A stretch of 64,000 nucleotides of DNA, taken from Nitrospinaceae bacterium. GTDB taxonomy: Bacteria > Nitrospinota > Nitrospinia > Nitrospinales > VA-1. The translations under genes and the position numbers were made by a program. Location: NCBI GenBank assembly GCA_029261655.1, contig JAJDAY010000026.1, positions 138,362-202,361 of the forward strand, written 5' to 3'. This document shows positions 24,162 to 35,020 of this stretch, in pieces (position 1 is the first letter of the stretch; each line of letters begins with the position of its first letter). The notes beneath the pieces were generated by a model. It was not told where the DNA came from, made no database searches, and saw only the letters and a program-made list of their open reading frames with translations.

Positions 24162-24500
24162 TTAATAAGCAAGTGTTCCATTCTCTTCCTCGAAATCCTC
24201 GAGGGGAATCATATCAATAGCGTCCCAGGGGCATCCCTCCAGCAGTGTGTCCATAGGTCCTTTAGTGATGCACTTCTTACAACCAATGCACAACAGCGGA
24301 TCGACATAAACCCTGTTGAAAATAGGCGCGTCCGGGTTTTCCACCTCGTACATGCAATTATCAACGGGACATTCGGTGATACAAATGGGCGCCCCACTGC
24401 AACCGGTGCAGGAGTCGTTTATGACCGCCAGTATCTTTGGCTTTCGTTTTCTTTGTACACTTCTTTTTGCCTTTTCGCCAACAGCCATAGGAATTTCCAA
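24162..24500 (-). CDS. 4Fe-4S dicluster ferredoxin-like protein
   Basis: Two Cys clusters (CTGCSGAPICITECP; CIGCKKCITKGP...CP). Confidence 0.7.
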   Translation of the reverse strand: MEIPMAVGEKAKRSVQRKRKPKILAVINDSCTGCSGAPICITECPVDNCMYEVENPDAPIFNRVYVDPLLCIGCKKCITKGPMDTLLEGCPWDAIDMIPLEDFEEENGTLAY

Positions 24501-24909
24501 TTATTCGGTTATAAAATATGAACAAAATAAGGGAATGATGTGCTCTTCACTATTCTAACAAAAACGCATGAGATTAATACCAGATTCTTCAGCCATTTTC
24601 AATATCAACCCTCATTTCAGCGGGAATTTTTTATTTCCCCCTGCAATCATGGCCCTGAAAGCTTTCATGGCCTCGCTTTAGCCTGTGCCGGAAGCAGGTT
24701 TTTCATTTACACTGACTGACGGCTGTATTAAGATAAACGCGGTTTGAGGGTTTTGCGCTCCAATGGAGAGCCTCACTCTCGGTCCGTGCAGAATATTTCG
24801 CGGATGGCGACAATAACTTATTGATTTATAATTGACAATAAACCCTTGAAATCTCCTTTTTCTCAGCTCATCAGGAAAATGAAAGAGTTGGATTCATATA
24901 GACTAAGCC

Positions 24910-25929
24910 ATGTCACTCCTACGGATTTTGGGCCAGGATCAACCCAGGCGAATCATCCAGAATGCGCTTGAAAATAACAGCGTATCGCACGCTTATCTGT
25001 TCTACGGCCCGGAAAGCATCGGCAAAAAACTCACAGCGATAGAGTTTGCCAAGGCTTTGAATTGTGTGGTTTCCGGTCCAGTAGATAATTGCGGCGAATG
25101 CCCATCCTGCCGAAAAATCGATCAAGCCATCCACCCCGATTTCTTCCTACTAGAACCGAAGAAAAGTTCGCCTGCGGGGAGAAACGCGATCATCAACGTT
25201 GATGAGATACGGGAACTGCAAAAAAAACTGGCTTACCTCCCCTATGAGGCAAAAACAAAAGTGGCGATACTCGACGGCGCGGAAACGATGAACCCGCAAG
25301 CCGCCAATACTTTGCTGAAAACTCTGGAGGAGCCGCCTTCATCCACCATACTCATTCTGATTTCATCCAGTCCGTATCAACTGTTGCCGACGATCATCTC
25401 GCGTTGTCAGGGAGTCAAATTTCATCTTTTGTCCACAGACGCAGTCCGGCAGATTCTGCAACAATCCACCTTTGCTGAAACAGACGGGTTTTCCGAAAAG
25501 GAAATGGACTTGCGAACATTGAGATCCAGGGGCCGGATCAGCCGGGCGTTAGAAGAAGACATCGAAGCGACCCGTCACTACCGGGAAGAAATTTTGAAAC
25601 TGCTGGAGCAGGCGTCATTCAAACGCATGGATTTGATTTTTAACTGGACCCGACAATGGGCCAAAAAATCAGATGGAGTCCAATCGGTGTTGGACGAAAT
25701 GCTCCATCTTTTACGCGATCTTGCCGTCATCAAATGCCAGGGGAAAAATACTGAAATTCTTAACCGGGATATTCTGGACCGATTAAAACCTCTGGCGGCG
25801 CAAAAATCGACAAAAACATTGATCGCCATGTTCGATTCAGCCCTCAAAACCAAATCGGCTTTGACGGCAAACGCAAATCTCCAGCTTTCTCTCGACCACA
25901 TGCTGATTCAATTTTGTGAAGCGGCTTAA
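24910..25929 (+). CDS. holB: DNA polymerase III subunit delta'
   Basis: AAA+ clamp-loader fold with a Zn module (CGECPSCRK) and a defective Walker A (FYGPESIGKK). Confidence 0.85.
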   Translation: MSLLRILGQDQPRRIIQNALENNSVSHAYLFYGPESIGKKLTAIEFAKALNCVVSGPVDNCGECPSCRKIDQAIHPDFFLLEPKKSSPAGRNAIINVDEIRELQKKLAYLPYEAKTKVAILDGAETMNPQAANTLLKTLEEPPSSTILILISSSPYQLLPTIISRCQGVKFHLLSTDAVRQILQQSTFAETDGFSEKEMDLRTLRSRGRISRALEEDIEATRHYREEILKLLEQASFKRMDLIFNWTRQWAKKSDGVQSVLDEMLHLLRDLAVIKCQGKNTEILNRDILDRLKPLAAQKSTKTLIAMFDSALKTKSALTANANLQLSLDHMLIQFCEAA

Positions 25930-25941
25930 AATAAATATAAA

Positions 25942-26811
25942 ATGAACTCACCGTCCGAAAAAGTCTCGACTCCCACTCAAAATAACGTTCCGCCCCCTCG
26001 GTTTCTCATTGGAATCCGCGTTCGGGACAAAGGAAAATCCGAACTTTTTGATCCCGGCCAGCTCAAACTTAAAGTCGGAATGACGGTGATCATCGAAGCC
26101 GGGAACAATCAGGAAATGGGCATTGTCGCCTCCAATAAAATCATTAATTTTTTTAAAGAGGGGCCAGCAAACCATCCAAGGGTCCTCAGGACGGCAAATA
26201 AAAACGATCTGCAAGCGCAGGAAAGACGGGAAGCTGTAGAAAAAAGGGCAAAAAACCTGTGCAATGATAAGATCACCGAACTGAAACTGCCGATGAATCT
26301 CAGCCGGGTGGTCCACCTCCCGTCCGAAAACAAGACCATGTTCTTTTTCACCGCCGAAGGACGTGTCGATTTTCGCCAGTTGATCAAAGAACTTGTCTCG
26401 AACCTGCACCACCGAATCGAAATGAAGCAGGTGGGCGTCCGCGATGAAGCCAGGGCGATCGGCGGAAATGGCGTGTGCGGAGAGTCTCTTTGCTGCTCGA
26501 CATTTCTCAATGAGTTCACCCCCGTGACGATTCGCATGGCCAAGGACCAGGGCCTCGCGCTCAATCCCAGCAAAATTTCCGGGGTGTGTGGACGGCTCAT
26601 GTGCTGTCTGCAATATGAACATGGAACCTATAAAGAGTTGATCCGGGGCCTCCCAAAACCGGGAAGCAAAATAGAAACCCCCGATGGGCCGGGTAAGGTG
26701 CTTAAAAACGAAATTCTTGAGCAAAATATCATCGTCCGCCTTGACGATGAAAGTGTGATGACCTACCCACTGAATGAATTGAAAGGCTCGCTCAAACTTC
26801 AACAATCCTGA
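25942..26811 (+). CDS. PSP1 domain protein (RicT/YaaT-like)
   Basis: PSP1 C-terminal region (CGRLMCCLQYE). Conserved position downstream of holB. Confidence 0.8.
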   Translation: MNSPSEKVSTPTQNNVPPPRFLIGIRVRDKGKSELFDPGQLKLKVGMTVIIEAGNNQEMGIVASNKIINFFKEGPANHPRVLRTANKNDLQAQERREAVEKRAKNLCNDKITELKLPMNLSRVVHLPSENKTMFFFTAEGRVDFRQLIKELVSNLHHRIEMKQVGVRDEARAIGGNGVCGESLCCSTFLNEFTPVTIRMAKDQGLALNPSKISGVCGRLMCCLQYEHGTYKELIRGLPKPGSKIETPDGPGKVLKNEILEQNIIVRLDDESVMTYPLNELKGSLKLQQS

Positions 26812-26863
26812 CAAGTTTCTTTATAGAACCCTTATCAATTCGACAGACCTGAAAAGAAAACCC

Positions 26864-28816
26864 ATGCATAAAAACGGACAAAAATTCTTCGTCACGACCC
26901 CTATCTATTACGTCAACGACGTACCCCATATCGGTCACGCCTACACCACCATCGCCGCCGATGTGGTTGCACGCTACAAAAAACTGGACGGTTACGAAGT
27001 CTATTTCCTCACCGGAACCGACGAACACGGACAAAAAGTGCATCAGGCGGCGAAAGACCTGGGCGTCACGGCACAGGAACATGTGGACAAGCTCAACACC
27101 CGGTTCAAGGAACTTTGGGTTCGCTTCAATATCTGCAACGACGATTTCATCCGCACCACGGAGGAGAGGCACAAGGTCATCGTCCTCAATATCCTGAAAG
27201 AGCTTTTCGATAAAGGGGAAATTTACAAGGCCAGTTATGAAGGTTGGTATTGCACTCCTGATGAAAGGTTCTGGACTGAAAAAGACCTCGTCAACGGCAA
27301 TTGCCCGGAATGCGGACGCAAGGTGGAGAAAATCACCGAAAGCAATTACTTCTTCAAAATGGGCCAGTATCAGGAATGGCTGATCGAACATATTAAAAGC
27401 AATGAAAACTTCATTCAGCCTGCGTCCCGGAAAAACGAGGTGCTGGGTTTTTTGAGCAAGCCGTTGGAAGACCTCTGCATTTCCAGGCCCACGTCCCGAA
27501 TGTCCTGGGGAATCCCCCTGCCCTTCGATGACGACTACGTCACCTACGTCTGGTTCGACGCATTGATAAATTATATTTCCACTTTCGGCACGCTGGATAA
27601 AATCCGGGCTTGCGGGTTCTGGCCTGCCGATCATCATCTGGTGGGGAAAGATATTCTTACCACCCATGCCGTGTATTGGTCGACCATGCTCAAAGCCATG
27701 GGCCTGCCCTTGCCCAAAAATATTTTCGCGCACGGCTGGTGGACGGTGAACGGACAAAAAATGTCCAAGTCCCTGTTCAATGTGGTGGAACCGAATTCGC
27801 TGATCGACCAGTTCGGCGTCGATACCATTCGCTATTTCCTTCTAAGGGAAGTTCCCTTCGGGTTGGACGGCGATTTTTCCCATAAGGCGCTCATCGGTCG
27901 GCGCAACAGCGACCTTGCCAACAACCTGGGAAATCTTCTGAACCGCACCACCAATATGATCCAGAAATATTTTGCGGGGACGATCCCAGAAGCCGCGACC
28001 GCCGGGGAGGAAGACACAGCTCTAACTTCCAAGGCGGCACAAACAGTGTCCAATGTAAGAGCGTTTTACGATGACCTTGCCTACAACAAAATTCTCTCCG
28101 AAATCTGGGAGCTGGTGGACGCCACCAATCAATACATCGTCAAGACCGCTCCGTGGAACCTGGCCAAAACCGAAGAAGGAAAAGAACGGCTGAAATCCGT
28201 GATGTACAATTCCGCCGAATCTCTCAGGACCATCGCGATTCTCATCTACCCCTTCATGCCCGAAAGCGCCGAATCCATGAACCGCCAATTGGGGATCGAC
28301 GTTCCCATCGAAGAACAGGGCATGCAATCGGTCGCCAAATGGGGAGGGCTGAAGTCCGGCGGCGAAATTCAATCCGTCTCGCAACTGTTCCCAAGAATAG
28401 AAGATAAGGAAGCTGAAAAAATTCTTGCAGACATACAAACATCCGGGGACTCTAAGAAACCGCAGGCGGCCTCAGCAAAGAGCGATGAGGTGGAACAAAT
28501 CACCATTGAAGATTTCATGAAGGTCGATCTCAGGACGGGAAAAATTCTGGAAGCGGAGAAAGTTAAAAAATCCAAAAAACTGATCAAACTGAAAGTGGAT
28601 ATTGGCAATGAAACGAGGCAGGTGTTGGCGGGAATCGCCGAAGCCTACGAACCCGATCAGTTGATCGGCCGCACCATCATTCTGGTCGCCAATCTCAAAC
28701 CGGCAAAACTGATGGGGATTGAATCTCAGGGAATGATTCTGGCAGGGTCGGCAGATGGAAAAATCATTCTCGGCGGTTTCGACCAGGAACTTCCCGAAGG
28801 AGTGCGTGTTCGATGA
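26864..28816 (+). CDS. metG: methionine--tRNA ligase
   Basis: HIGH (HIGHAYT) and KMSKS motifs, Zn knuckle, C-terminal tRNA-binding (EMAP-like) domain. Confidence 0.95.
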   Translation: MHKNGQKFFVTTPIYYVNDVPHIGHAYTTIAADVVARYKKLDGYEVYFLTGTDEHGQKVHQAAKDLGVTAQEHVDKLNTRFKELWVRFNICNDDFIRTTEERHKVIVLNILKELFDKGEIYKASYEGWYCTPDERFWTEKDLVNGNCPECGRKVEKITESNYFFKMGQYQEWLIEHIKSNENFIQPASRKNEVLGFLSKPLEDLCISRPTSRMSWGIPLPFDDDYVTYVWFDALINYISTFGTLDKIRACGFWPADHHLVGKDILTTHAVYWSTMLKAMGLPLPKNIFAHGWWTVNGQKMSKSLFNVVEPNSLIDQFGVDTIRYFLLREVPFGLDGDFSHKALIGRRNSDLANNLGNLLNRTTNMIQKYFAGTIPEAATAGEEDTALTSKAAQTVSNVRAFYDDLAYNKILSEIWELVDATNQYIVKTAPWNLAKTEEGKERLKSVMYNSAESLRTIAILIYPFMPESAESMNRQLGIDVPIEEQGMQSVAKWGGLKSGGEIQSVSQLFPRIEDKEAEKILADIQTSGDSKKPQAASAKSDEVEQITIEDFMKVDLRTGKILEAEKVKKSKKLIKLKVDIGNETRQVLAGIAEAYEPDQLIGRTIILVANLKPAKLMGIESQGMILAGSADGKIILGGFDQELPEGVRVR

Positions 28817-30204
28817 TCATTGACACTCACGCCCATCTCGACATGGACCAATACGACGCCGACCGTGATGAAGTCATCCAACGCGCCCAGGACAACGGCG
28901 TCGATTATATCCTCAACATCGGATGCGATGTGGAAAGCAGCGCCCGGTCTCTTGAACTTGCGGAACGGTTCGATTTTATATACGCCACAGCGGGCATTCA
29001 CCCGCACGATGTAAAATCCATCAACGGCGACACCTATGCGGATCTCAGACAACTGCTGGCGCATCCTAAAATGGTCGCGGTGGGCGAAATCGGTCTGGAT
29101 TATTTTAAAAATTATTCGCCGCCGGAACAACAGAGGGAACACTTGAGAAAACAGGTGCAACTCGCTAAAGAACTCGACAAACCCATCATCGTGCATTGCC
29201 GGGACGCCAACGAAGACATGATCTCTATATTGTCCGAGTTTTACAGCGTCAACGACAAGGCCCGGTCAGGCATTTTTCATTGTTTCTCCGGCGACCAATG
29301 GCTGGCCGACAAAGCCCTCGCAATGGGTTTCTATATTTCCTTTTCAGGGTCGGTGACTTTCAAAAAATCAGAAGACCTTCGTTCCGTCGCAAAAACCGTT
29401 CCCGCCGACCGCCTGTTTGTGGAAACCGATTGCCCCTATCTCGCGCCCGTTCCCAAGCGGGGAAAGCGCAACGAACCCGCTTTTGTCAATCACACCGCCC
29501 AATTGATCGCGGACGTACGCGGCTTGCGGGTTAAAGATGTGCAACGCACTTCCGAACTCAATTTTTTTGAACTGTTCGGCATCGGAAAAAACGCTCCGAC
29601 AGGAACCGTTTCGTATCAGATCCGAAACTCACTTTATCTCAACCTGACGACGCGATGCACCGACGATTGCGTGTTCTGCACGCGCCTCACCCGCCCGGTG
29701 GTGCAAGGGTACAACCTCAAGCTCGACCGCGAACCGACGGCTGAAGAAGTTTGGGAATCCATCGACGATCCGGCAAAATATGACGAGGTGGTGTTCTGTG
29801 GTTACGGAGAACCCACTCTGCGTTTGCCCGTCATTCTGGAAGTGGCTAGAAAAATCAAAAACGCCGGAGGCCGTGTCCGTCTGAACACCAACGGTCACGG
29901 CAACGTCATCAACAAACGCAATATTTTGCCGGAGCTGGAAGGGCTGATAGATGAAATCTCGGTCAGCCTGAATACCGACAGCTCGGAAGCCTACGACGAA
30001 ATCTGCCGTCCATTACCGGGCCTTAAAAACGGGATTTACGACAAAATCAAAATTTTCATTGAAGAAGCAAAAAAATACATCCCAAAGGTGCAAGTGACCA
30101 TCGTGACGAACCAGAAAGATGTGGATGAAATCGCCTGTGAGGAAATCGTCAAAAAAGAGTTCGGAGTGGATTACCGCGCACGCAAATACAACATGGTGGG
30201 GTAA
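28813..30204 (+). CDS. TatD-family metal-dependent hydrolase fused to a TatD-associated radical SAM domain
   Basis: N-terminal 265 aa is TatD (DTHAHLD, His/Asp metal ligands). The C-terminal 190 aa carries a CTDDCVFC Cx3Cx2C cluster and resembles the TatD-associated radical SAM family. Start overlaps the metG stop. Confidence 0.8.
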   Translation: MIIDTHAHLDMDQYDADRDEVIQRAQDNGVDYILNIGCDVESSARSLELAERFDFIYATAGIHPHDVKSINGDTYADLRQLLAHPKMVAVGEIGLDYFKNYSPPEQQREHLRKQVQLAKELDKPIIVHCRDANEDMISILSEFYSVNDKARSGIFHCFSGDQWLADKALAMGFYISFSGSVTFKKSEDLRSVAKTVPADRLFVETDCPYLAPVPKRGKRNEPAFVNHTAQLIADVRGLRVKDVQRTSELNFFELFGIGKNAPTGTVSYQIRNSLYLNLTTRCTDDCVFCTRLTRPVVQGYNLKLDREPTAEEVWESIDDPAKYDEVVFCGYGEPTLRLPVILEVARKIKNAGGRVRLNTNGHGNVINKRNILPELEGLIDEISVSLNTDSSEAYDEICRPLPGLKNGIYDKIKIFIEEAKKYIPKVQVTIVTNQKDVDEIACEEIVKKEFGVDYRARKYNMVG

Positions 30205-30299
30205 GCGGAGTACCTCCGCAGGTAAAATGAACAATCGGACCCTAAATCGTAATTAACATTTCACTGGCAAAACAAGCGTTTTCTTATGGGAGAGAACCT

Positions 30300-30686
30300 A
30301 TGAACTGGATTTCATTAGGCGCAGGATTCGGCGGATTGAGCGTCATGCTGGGCGCGTTTGGAGCGCACTCCTTGAAAGAACATCTGACCGAACAAAAGTT
30401 GGCGACCTTTCAAACCGGCACTCAATACATGGGGTATCACGCGTTGGCGCTCATTCTGGTCGGCATCCTTGTTCTGAACTTTGGGGAAGCCGGCGAGCAG
30501 AGATTAAAGAAGGTGGGCCTCTTTTTCACCACGGGGATTTTTCTTTTTTCCGGCAGTCTCTATGCCCTGGCCTTCGATGGGCCGCGTTTTTTCGGACCCG
30601 TCACTCCTTTAGGCGGCCTGTGTTTCATGATCGGCTGGTTCACTCTGGCGGTCGTCGTCGCCAAATTGCTTAAAGCGAATAACTAA
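30300..30686 (+). CDS. DUF423 family membrane protein
   Basis: 128 aa, 4 TM, MNWISLGAGFGGLSVMLGAFGAHSL typical of DUF423. Confidence 0.65.
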   Translation: MNWISLGAGFGGLSVMLGAFGAHSLKEHLTEQKLATFQTGTQYMGYHALALILVGILVLNFGEAGEQRLKKVGLFFTTGIFLFSGSLYALAFDGPRFFGPVTPLGGLCFMIGWFTLAVVVAKLLKANN

Positions 30687-31483
30687 ACCTGCTTCCATTT
30701 CATTCTGTAAGCCAAATACAGCATCAGGCTCATCAAAGCGATCACCGCTGAATGAACCCCGAATGTCCGAGAATCCAACACCGACCCGAATTGAATTTTA
30801 CCCCGAATATCTCCGGAAAAGTGTTTGAGCGTTTCGCCGTACTCAATCATCAAATGCACAGGATAACTGCCGTCGAGGCTTTGGGCCGACCGTTGGACCG
30901 GCACTTCAAAATATTTCTTTTCGCCGCTTCGTAGCGTCAACCCCATCATCCCCTTGAACTTTTCCGCAATAACTCCGGGAGGAAGCAAAAGCATCATGCG
31001 CACATTTTTGAGCGCCGACGAATTGTTTTGCAACAGCACTTTCAAAAATGACCCCTTAGGTTCAACCACAGACTCGATCCTGCCATCGACCGCCGAAACC
31101 ACCGGTTCCTGATAGAAAAAGGAATCGGTATGCAACACGGAGACAGGTACCTGCGCTTCCCTGTTATTTTTATAATGCGCCATCACCACAAGAGGGTATC
31201 TCCCGGCCCGGATCACCGGGGGATGATCGTTATTTTCCAGTACAACGGTTTTTCCCGGTTCCAGTTGCGGGATCATTGGCATCATCGAATTGGTGTGATG
31301 AAAATGAAACATGGGATGAATTTCAAACAAAGGTTTGTTGCCGGTATTTTTGAGAGTCAAAAAAACCGTCACCCCTCCCATTTCATCGACCTGGCTTTCA
31401 GTCGAGACTTCCAAGGAGTTTCCTCCCGCAACCACCGCTTGCGGAATCATCCACACCAAAAAAATCAGGGATTGCAATCTCAT
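30683..31483 (-). CDS. hypothetical exported protein with C-terminal TM anchor
   Basis: Start chosen at the ATG at 31483 (MRLQSLIFLVWMIPQAVVA signal, AGAAGGA SD). No known domain. Confidence 0.45.
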   Translation of the reverse strand: MRLQSLIFLVWMIPQAVVAGGNSLEVSTESQVDEMGGVTVFLTLKNTGNKPLFEIHPMFHFHHTNSMMPMIPQLEPGKTVVLENNDHPPVIRAGRYPLVVMAHYKNNREAQVPVSVLHTDSFFYQEPVVSAVDGRIESVVEPKGSFLKVLLQNNSSALKNVRMMLLLPPGVIAEKFKGMMGLTLRSGEKKYFEVPVQRSAQSLDGSYPVHLMIEYGETLKHFSGDIRGKIQFGSVLDSRTFGVHSAVIALMSLMLYLAYRMKWKQV

Positions 31484-31622
31484 TCTAAAAAGTCCTTCTG
31501 TATCATGCAAAAGAATTGGGTCCGACGTCATGCTGGACAATGCCTTTATTTTACCATATAGCCACTGGAAAACTGCTATTATAGGGTGTTAGCTTCCGGA
31601 AATTTTTAGAGGAGACACGCTC

Positions 31623-32378
31623 ATGGATGGTTTCTTGGTCATATTCATTCTTTTGGCTCTCTTGGTCTTCTCCGCGGTAAAAATACTGCGGGAATACGAG
31701 CGCGGCGTTGTTTTCCTCCTGGGAAAATTCTGGAAAGTCAAAGGCCCCGGCCTCATCATCGTCATCCCCGGCATCCAGAAGATGGTCAAGGTGAGTCTCC
31801 GCACCGTGGTCATGGACGTACCCCCGCAAGACATCATCACCAAGGACAACGTAACGGTGAAAGTGAATGCCGTGGTTTATTTTCGCGTGATCAATCCCAG
31901 AAGCGCCATCATTGAAGTGGAAGACTACCTCTATGCCACGTCACAATTGTCGCAGACGACGTTACGAAGCGTCCTTGGGCAAAGTGACCTGGATGATTTG
32001 TTGTCACGGCGCGATGAGATCAACAACCAGTTACAACAGGTCATCGACCAACAAACCGAACCCTGGGGCGTAAAAGTAGCAAATGTGGAAGTCAAGAACG
32101 TGGATCTGCCGCAGGAAATGCAAAGAGCGCTGGCCAAACAGGCGGAAGCGGAACGGGAACGACGGGCCAAAGTGATCAACGCCCAGGGTGAGTTTGAAGC
32201 GTCGCAAAAATTGAGTGAAGCGGCAGACCAGATCGGAGCGCACCCACCTGCCCTGCAACTCCGGTTTTTGCAGACTCTCGTTGACATGTCAACCGAGCGA
32301 AGTACAACGACTTTTGTGCCCATCCCCATGGACCTGTTCGATCAGTTCCAGAAGACAAGGCCGAAAAAGGACGATTAG
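31623..32378 (+). CDS. SPFH/band-7 (stomatin/prohibitin-like) membrane protein
   Basis: N-terminal TM, SPFH core and a C-terminal coiled coil ([21 protein letters not shown]). Confidence 0.85.
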   Translation: MDGFLVIFILLALLVFSAVKILREYERGVVFLLGKFWKVKGPGLIIVIPGIQKMVKVSLRTVVMDVPPQDIITKDNVTVKVNAVVYFRVINPRSAIIEVEDYLYATSQLSQTTLRSVLGQSDLDDLLSRRDEINNQLQQVIDQQTEPWGVKVANVEVKNVDLPQEMQRALAKQAEAERERRAKVINAQGEFEASQKLSEAADQIGAHPPALQLRFLQTLVDMSTERSTTTFVPIPMDLFDQFQKTRPKKDD

Positions 32379-32437
32379 GAAAAATGATAATTTGATGGAT
32401 AACACCTGACACATTTTTCCTGAAAAACTGCGTCCTC

Positions 32438-33445
32438 TCACCCGACCTTAACATTCTCCAGCAGTTTTCCGATGATATCGGCGGGAGTGATGTTTTCCGC
32501 CTCGGCTTTAAAATTGAGAATGATCCGGTGTTCCAGAACCTGGCGGGCGACACTGCGGACATCGTCCACGGTGACGCTGACGCGCTCGTCCATCAACGCC
32601 CGGGCTTTCGCCCCCAGCAACAGGAATTGCGAAGCGCGAGGTCCTGCGCCCCAGTCGATCCATTCGTTGACAAAGCTTGGCGAACTGCCATTCTGATTAG
32701 GGCGGGTACTCTGAACCAGATCCACCGCATAATGCGCGACGTGTTCCGATACGGGAACGCGGGGAACCAGTTTTTGCAGTTCCTGCACCCGTTCGGCATC
32801 CACAATCACTTCGATTTCCGGATGGTGACCGGAAGTGGTGGCAAGAGCGATCCCAACCTCCTGTTCCCGGGTTGGATAGGCAACGTTTATGATGAACATA
32901 AACCGGTCCAATTGGGCTTCCGGCAGAGGATAGGTTCCCTCATGCTCAATGGGGTTCTGGGTGGCGAACACCAGAAAGGGTTGATCCAGATGATAGGTGG
33001 CCCCGCCCACGGTCACCTGCTGTTCCTGCATGGCCTGTAAAAGAGCGGCCTGGGTTTTAGGGGGCGTACGATTGATTTCATCGGCCAGAATGATGTTTGA
33101 AAAAACCGGTCCTTTGATGAACTGGAAGGACCGTTTGCCGGTCGCCTGATCTTCATGAAGTATGTCCGTTCCGGTGATGTCCGACGGCATCAGGTCGGGC
33201 GTGAACTGGATTCTGCTGAATTTCAGTTTCAGAACCTGAGCCAGAGTGCTGACCAGAAGAGTTTTCGCCAGTCCGGGCACACCCACGAACAAACAATGGC
33301 CTTTGGAAAAAAGCGCGACCAACAAATCCTCGATCACGTCATCCTGCCCGACAATGACCTTTTGAATTTCTTTCACAATATTTTTTTTAGCCTGCACCAG
33401 CTCTTTTGCCAACTCCAGATCTTCCATAAAAACCTTTCCCCTCAC
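32438..33445 (-). CDS. MoxR-family AAA+ ATPase
   Basis: Walker A GVPGLAKT, Walker B ILADEINR, MoxR-type C-terminal region. Confidence 0.9.
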   Translation of the reverse strand: MRGKVFMEDLELAKELVQAKKNIVKEIQKVIVGQDDVIEDLLVALFSKGHCLFVGVPGLAKTLLVSTLAQVLKLKFSRIQFTPDLMPSDITGTDILHEDQATGKRSFQFIKGPVFSNIILADEINRTPPKTQAALLQAMQEQQVTVGGATYHLDQPFLVFATQNPIEHEGTYPLPEAQLDRFMFIINVAYPTREQEVGIALATTSGHHPEIEVIVDAERVQELQKLVPRVPVSEHVAHYAVDLVQSTRPNQNGSSPSFVNEWIDWGAGPRASQFLLLGAKARALMDERVSVTVDDVRSVARQVLEHRIILNFKAEAENITPADIIGKLLENVKVG

Positions 33446-33448
33446 TGA

Positions 33449-35020
33449 TTAATCGATATAGCTAAATAATTTTTCCTGAAACTTTTTTTCTTCTTCCATA
33501 TTTAAAGAGGTATAAATCTGAATGAGCCTCAGGTGGACAAATGGATTGAACGGATTGATCCTGAGAGCACGCTCGAAATAATCCCTTGCTTCCGGCAACC
33601 GGCCCGTTTCCAGGCGCAATTCCCCAAGGTTGACGAGGGACGTATGAAATTCGGGGTAGTGCTCCAGGCTTTTTTTAAGATAGGATTCCGCCTGCTCGTA
33701 GTTTTTCAGGACCAGATAAGTTCCCGCCAGTTTGTTATAAAGAACCGGCGACAGAGTGCCGCTTTCCTCAAAGGCCTTCTCATATTCGATGATAGCGGCC
33801 TTGAAAGAGTTTCGGGACTTGAGAATATCGCCAAGAAAAGTCAAATCCTGCGCTCGTTTTTCACCGACCTCCTGATAATCCTTTTTGTCATCTTTTGCGG
33901 TGCGGCTCGATTTAAATCGGGTTTCGAGAGCTTTGATGCCGGGAATGGTTTTAAATTTTTTCTGTTTCGTGAAATTTTTCCAGTTTTCCTGAAACTCAGG
34001 AAGCCCCATCCCCAAACGATTCTCCAAAGCGCCTTCAAATTCCTTACCTCCGGCAAGATCATCCAATAAGCCGGGGAGGATCGCATCGCCCTTTTCCCGG
34101 ACCATGAAATCAATCATGGAGGCCACTTCCGCATAAGCCAGTTGAACGTCTTCCTGACTTTTTAATTTTGCCAACGAGGGCATCATCGCACTCAGCGCAA
34201 TCAAATAATCATTTTCCAGTCCTGCGGACAAAACAGTTTTCATCAACGGACTCAGAAATTCCCCGGCCTCACGCCACTTCCCTTCGGAGTATTTGGCGAT
34301 GCCTTCGTGCATCCACAAGGGTAGCTTATTCCGACTTTTCTGGGTTAATAGATAGTGCGTGTATTCGTGACTGAGGGTATCCATCCAGGGATAACCGCGC
34401 ACCAGAGAGGCGGGCGAAATTATCATGATCCTGTTGTACTTGCATAAAGCCACCGTCCCGGAGGTGATGATATCTTTGCGGGTCAGGGGGGAGACACGGG
34501 ACAAGGGTTCCCGGTCAGGATAGATTTCCACCAAAACTTTTTCCTGAGGGTAATGATTCAGAAATTGGCCCAATACCTGGTAAGACCGCTCCAGCACTTC
34601 TTCGGCGAAATGAATCAGAATCTCGTCCGCACCTTTTTCAAAACGAAAAATAAAATGTTCCGATTCTCTGGAAATGAAATTGGCCGCCGCCTGCCGGGTC
34701 TCTTTTACCAGTGTTTTAAATTCCCGTACGGGCTGGTGGCTGACCGCCACAGGCTTCAACGCCTTCCAGGCCGCATCATAATTCCCCTTAAAAAACTCAA
34801 CCCGGGCCAGCAAAAACCGGACATCTCCCGATTTCGGATACTTTTGCAACAAGGTTTTCACGAGGGCCTCAGCTTCGGAAATCCGCCAATCCTCCACCAG
34901 CTCATGACCTTCAAAAACCCGTTTGGGAGAGATCTCAATAACAGATTCCGCAACTGCCAGAACGGGCATTCCACCCAGAAGCCCGGCAATCAGCAGAAGT
35001 ATCAGAAAACGCCTTTTCAT
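33449..35020 (-). CDS. secreted HExxH (zincin-like) + TPR repeat protein
   Basis: Signal peptide, an HEYTH motif (HExxH), C-terminal TPR repeats. Translationally coupled to the moxR gene. Confidence 0.55.
   Translation of the reverse strand: MKRRFLILLLIAGLLGGMPVLAVAESVIEISPKRVFEGHELVEDWRISEAEALVKTLLQKYPKSGDVRFLLARVEFFKGNYDAAWKALKPVAVSHQPVREFKTLVKETRQAAANFISRESEHFIFRFEKGADEILIHFAEEVLERSYQVLGQFLNHYPQEKVLVEIYPDREPLSRVSPLTRKDIITSGTVALCKYNRIMIISPASLVRGYPWMDTLSHEYTHYLLTQKSRNKLPLWMHEGIAKYSEGKWREAGEFLSPLMKTVLSAGLENDYLIALSAMMPSLAKLKSQEDVQLAYAEVASMIDFMVREKGDAILPGLLDDLAGGKEFEGALENRLGMGLPEFQENWKNFTKQKKFKTIPGIKALETRFKSSRTAKDDKKDYQEVGEKRAQDLTFLGDILKSRNSFKAAIIEYEKAFEESGTLSPVLYNKLAGTYLVLKNYEQAESYLKKSLEHYPEFHTSLVNLGELRLETGRLPEARDYFERALRINPFNPFVHLRLIQIYTSLNMEEEKKFQEKLFSYID

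Noticed and set aside
24630-24700. GTGCCGGAAGCAGG motif upstream of holB, reminiscent of the SRP RNA (ffs) helix-8 region, which often lies near dnaX/holB
   Set aside because: The surrounding sequence does not form the GGAA-tetraloop stem or the symmetric-loop pairing of 4.5S RNA. This is most likely a chance resemblance. cmsearch with RF00169 would settle it.
30205-30225. Perfect hairpin GCGGAG-tac-CTCCGC immediately after the TatD-fusion gene stop
   Set aside because: It has no downstream U-tract and is only 6 bp, so it is not a convincing intrinsic terminator.
33533-34069. 178-aa plus-strand ORF
   Set aside because: It lies entirely within, and antisense to, the HExxH/TPR gene, with no independent support.
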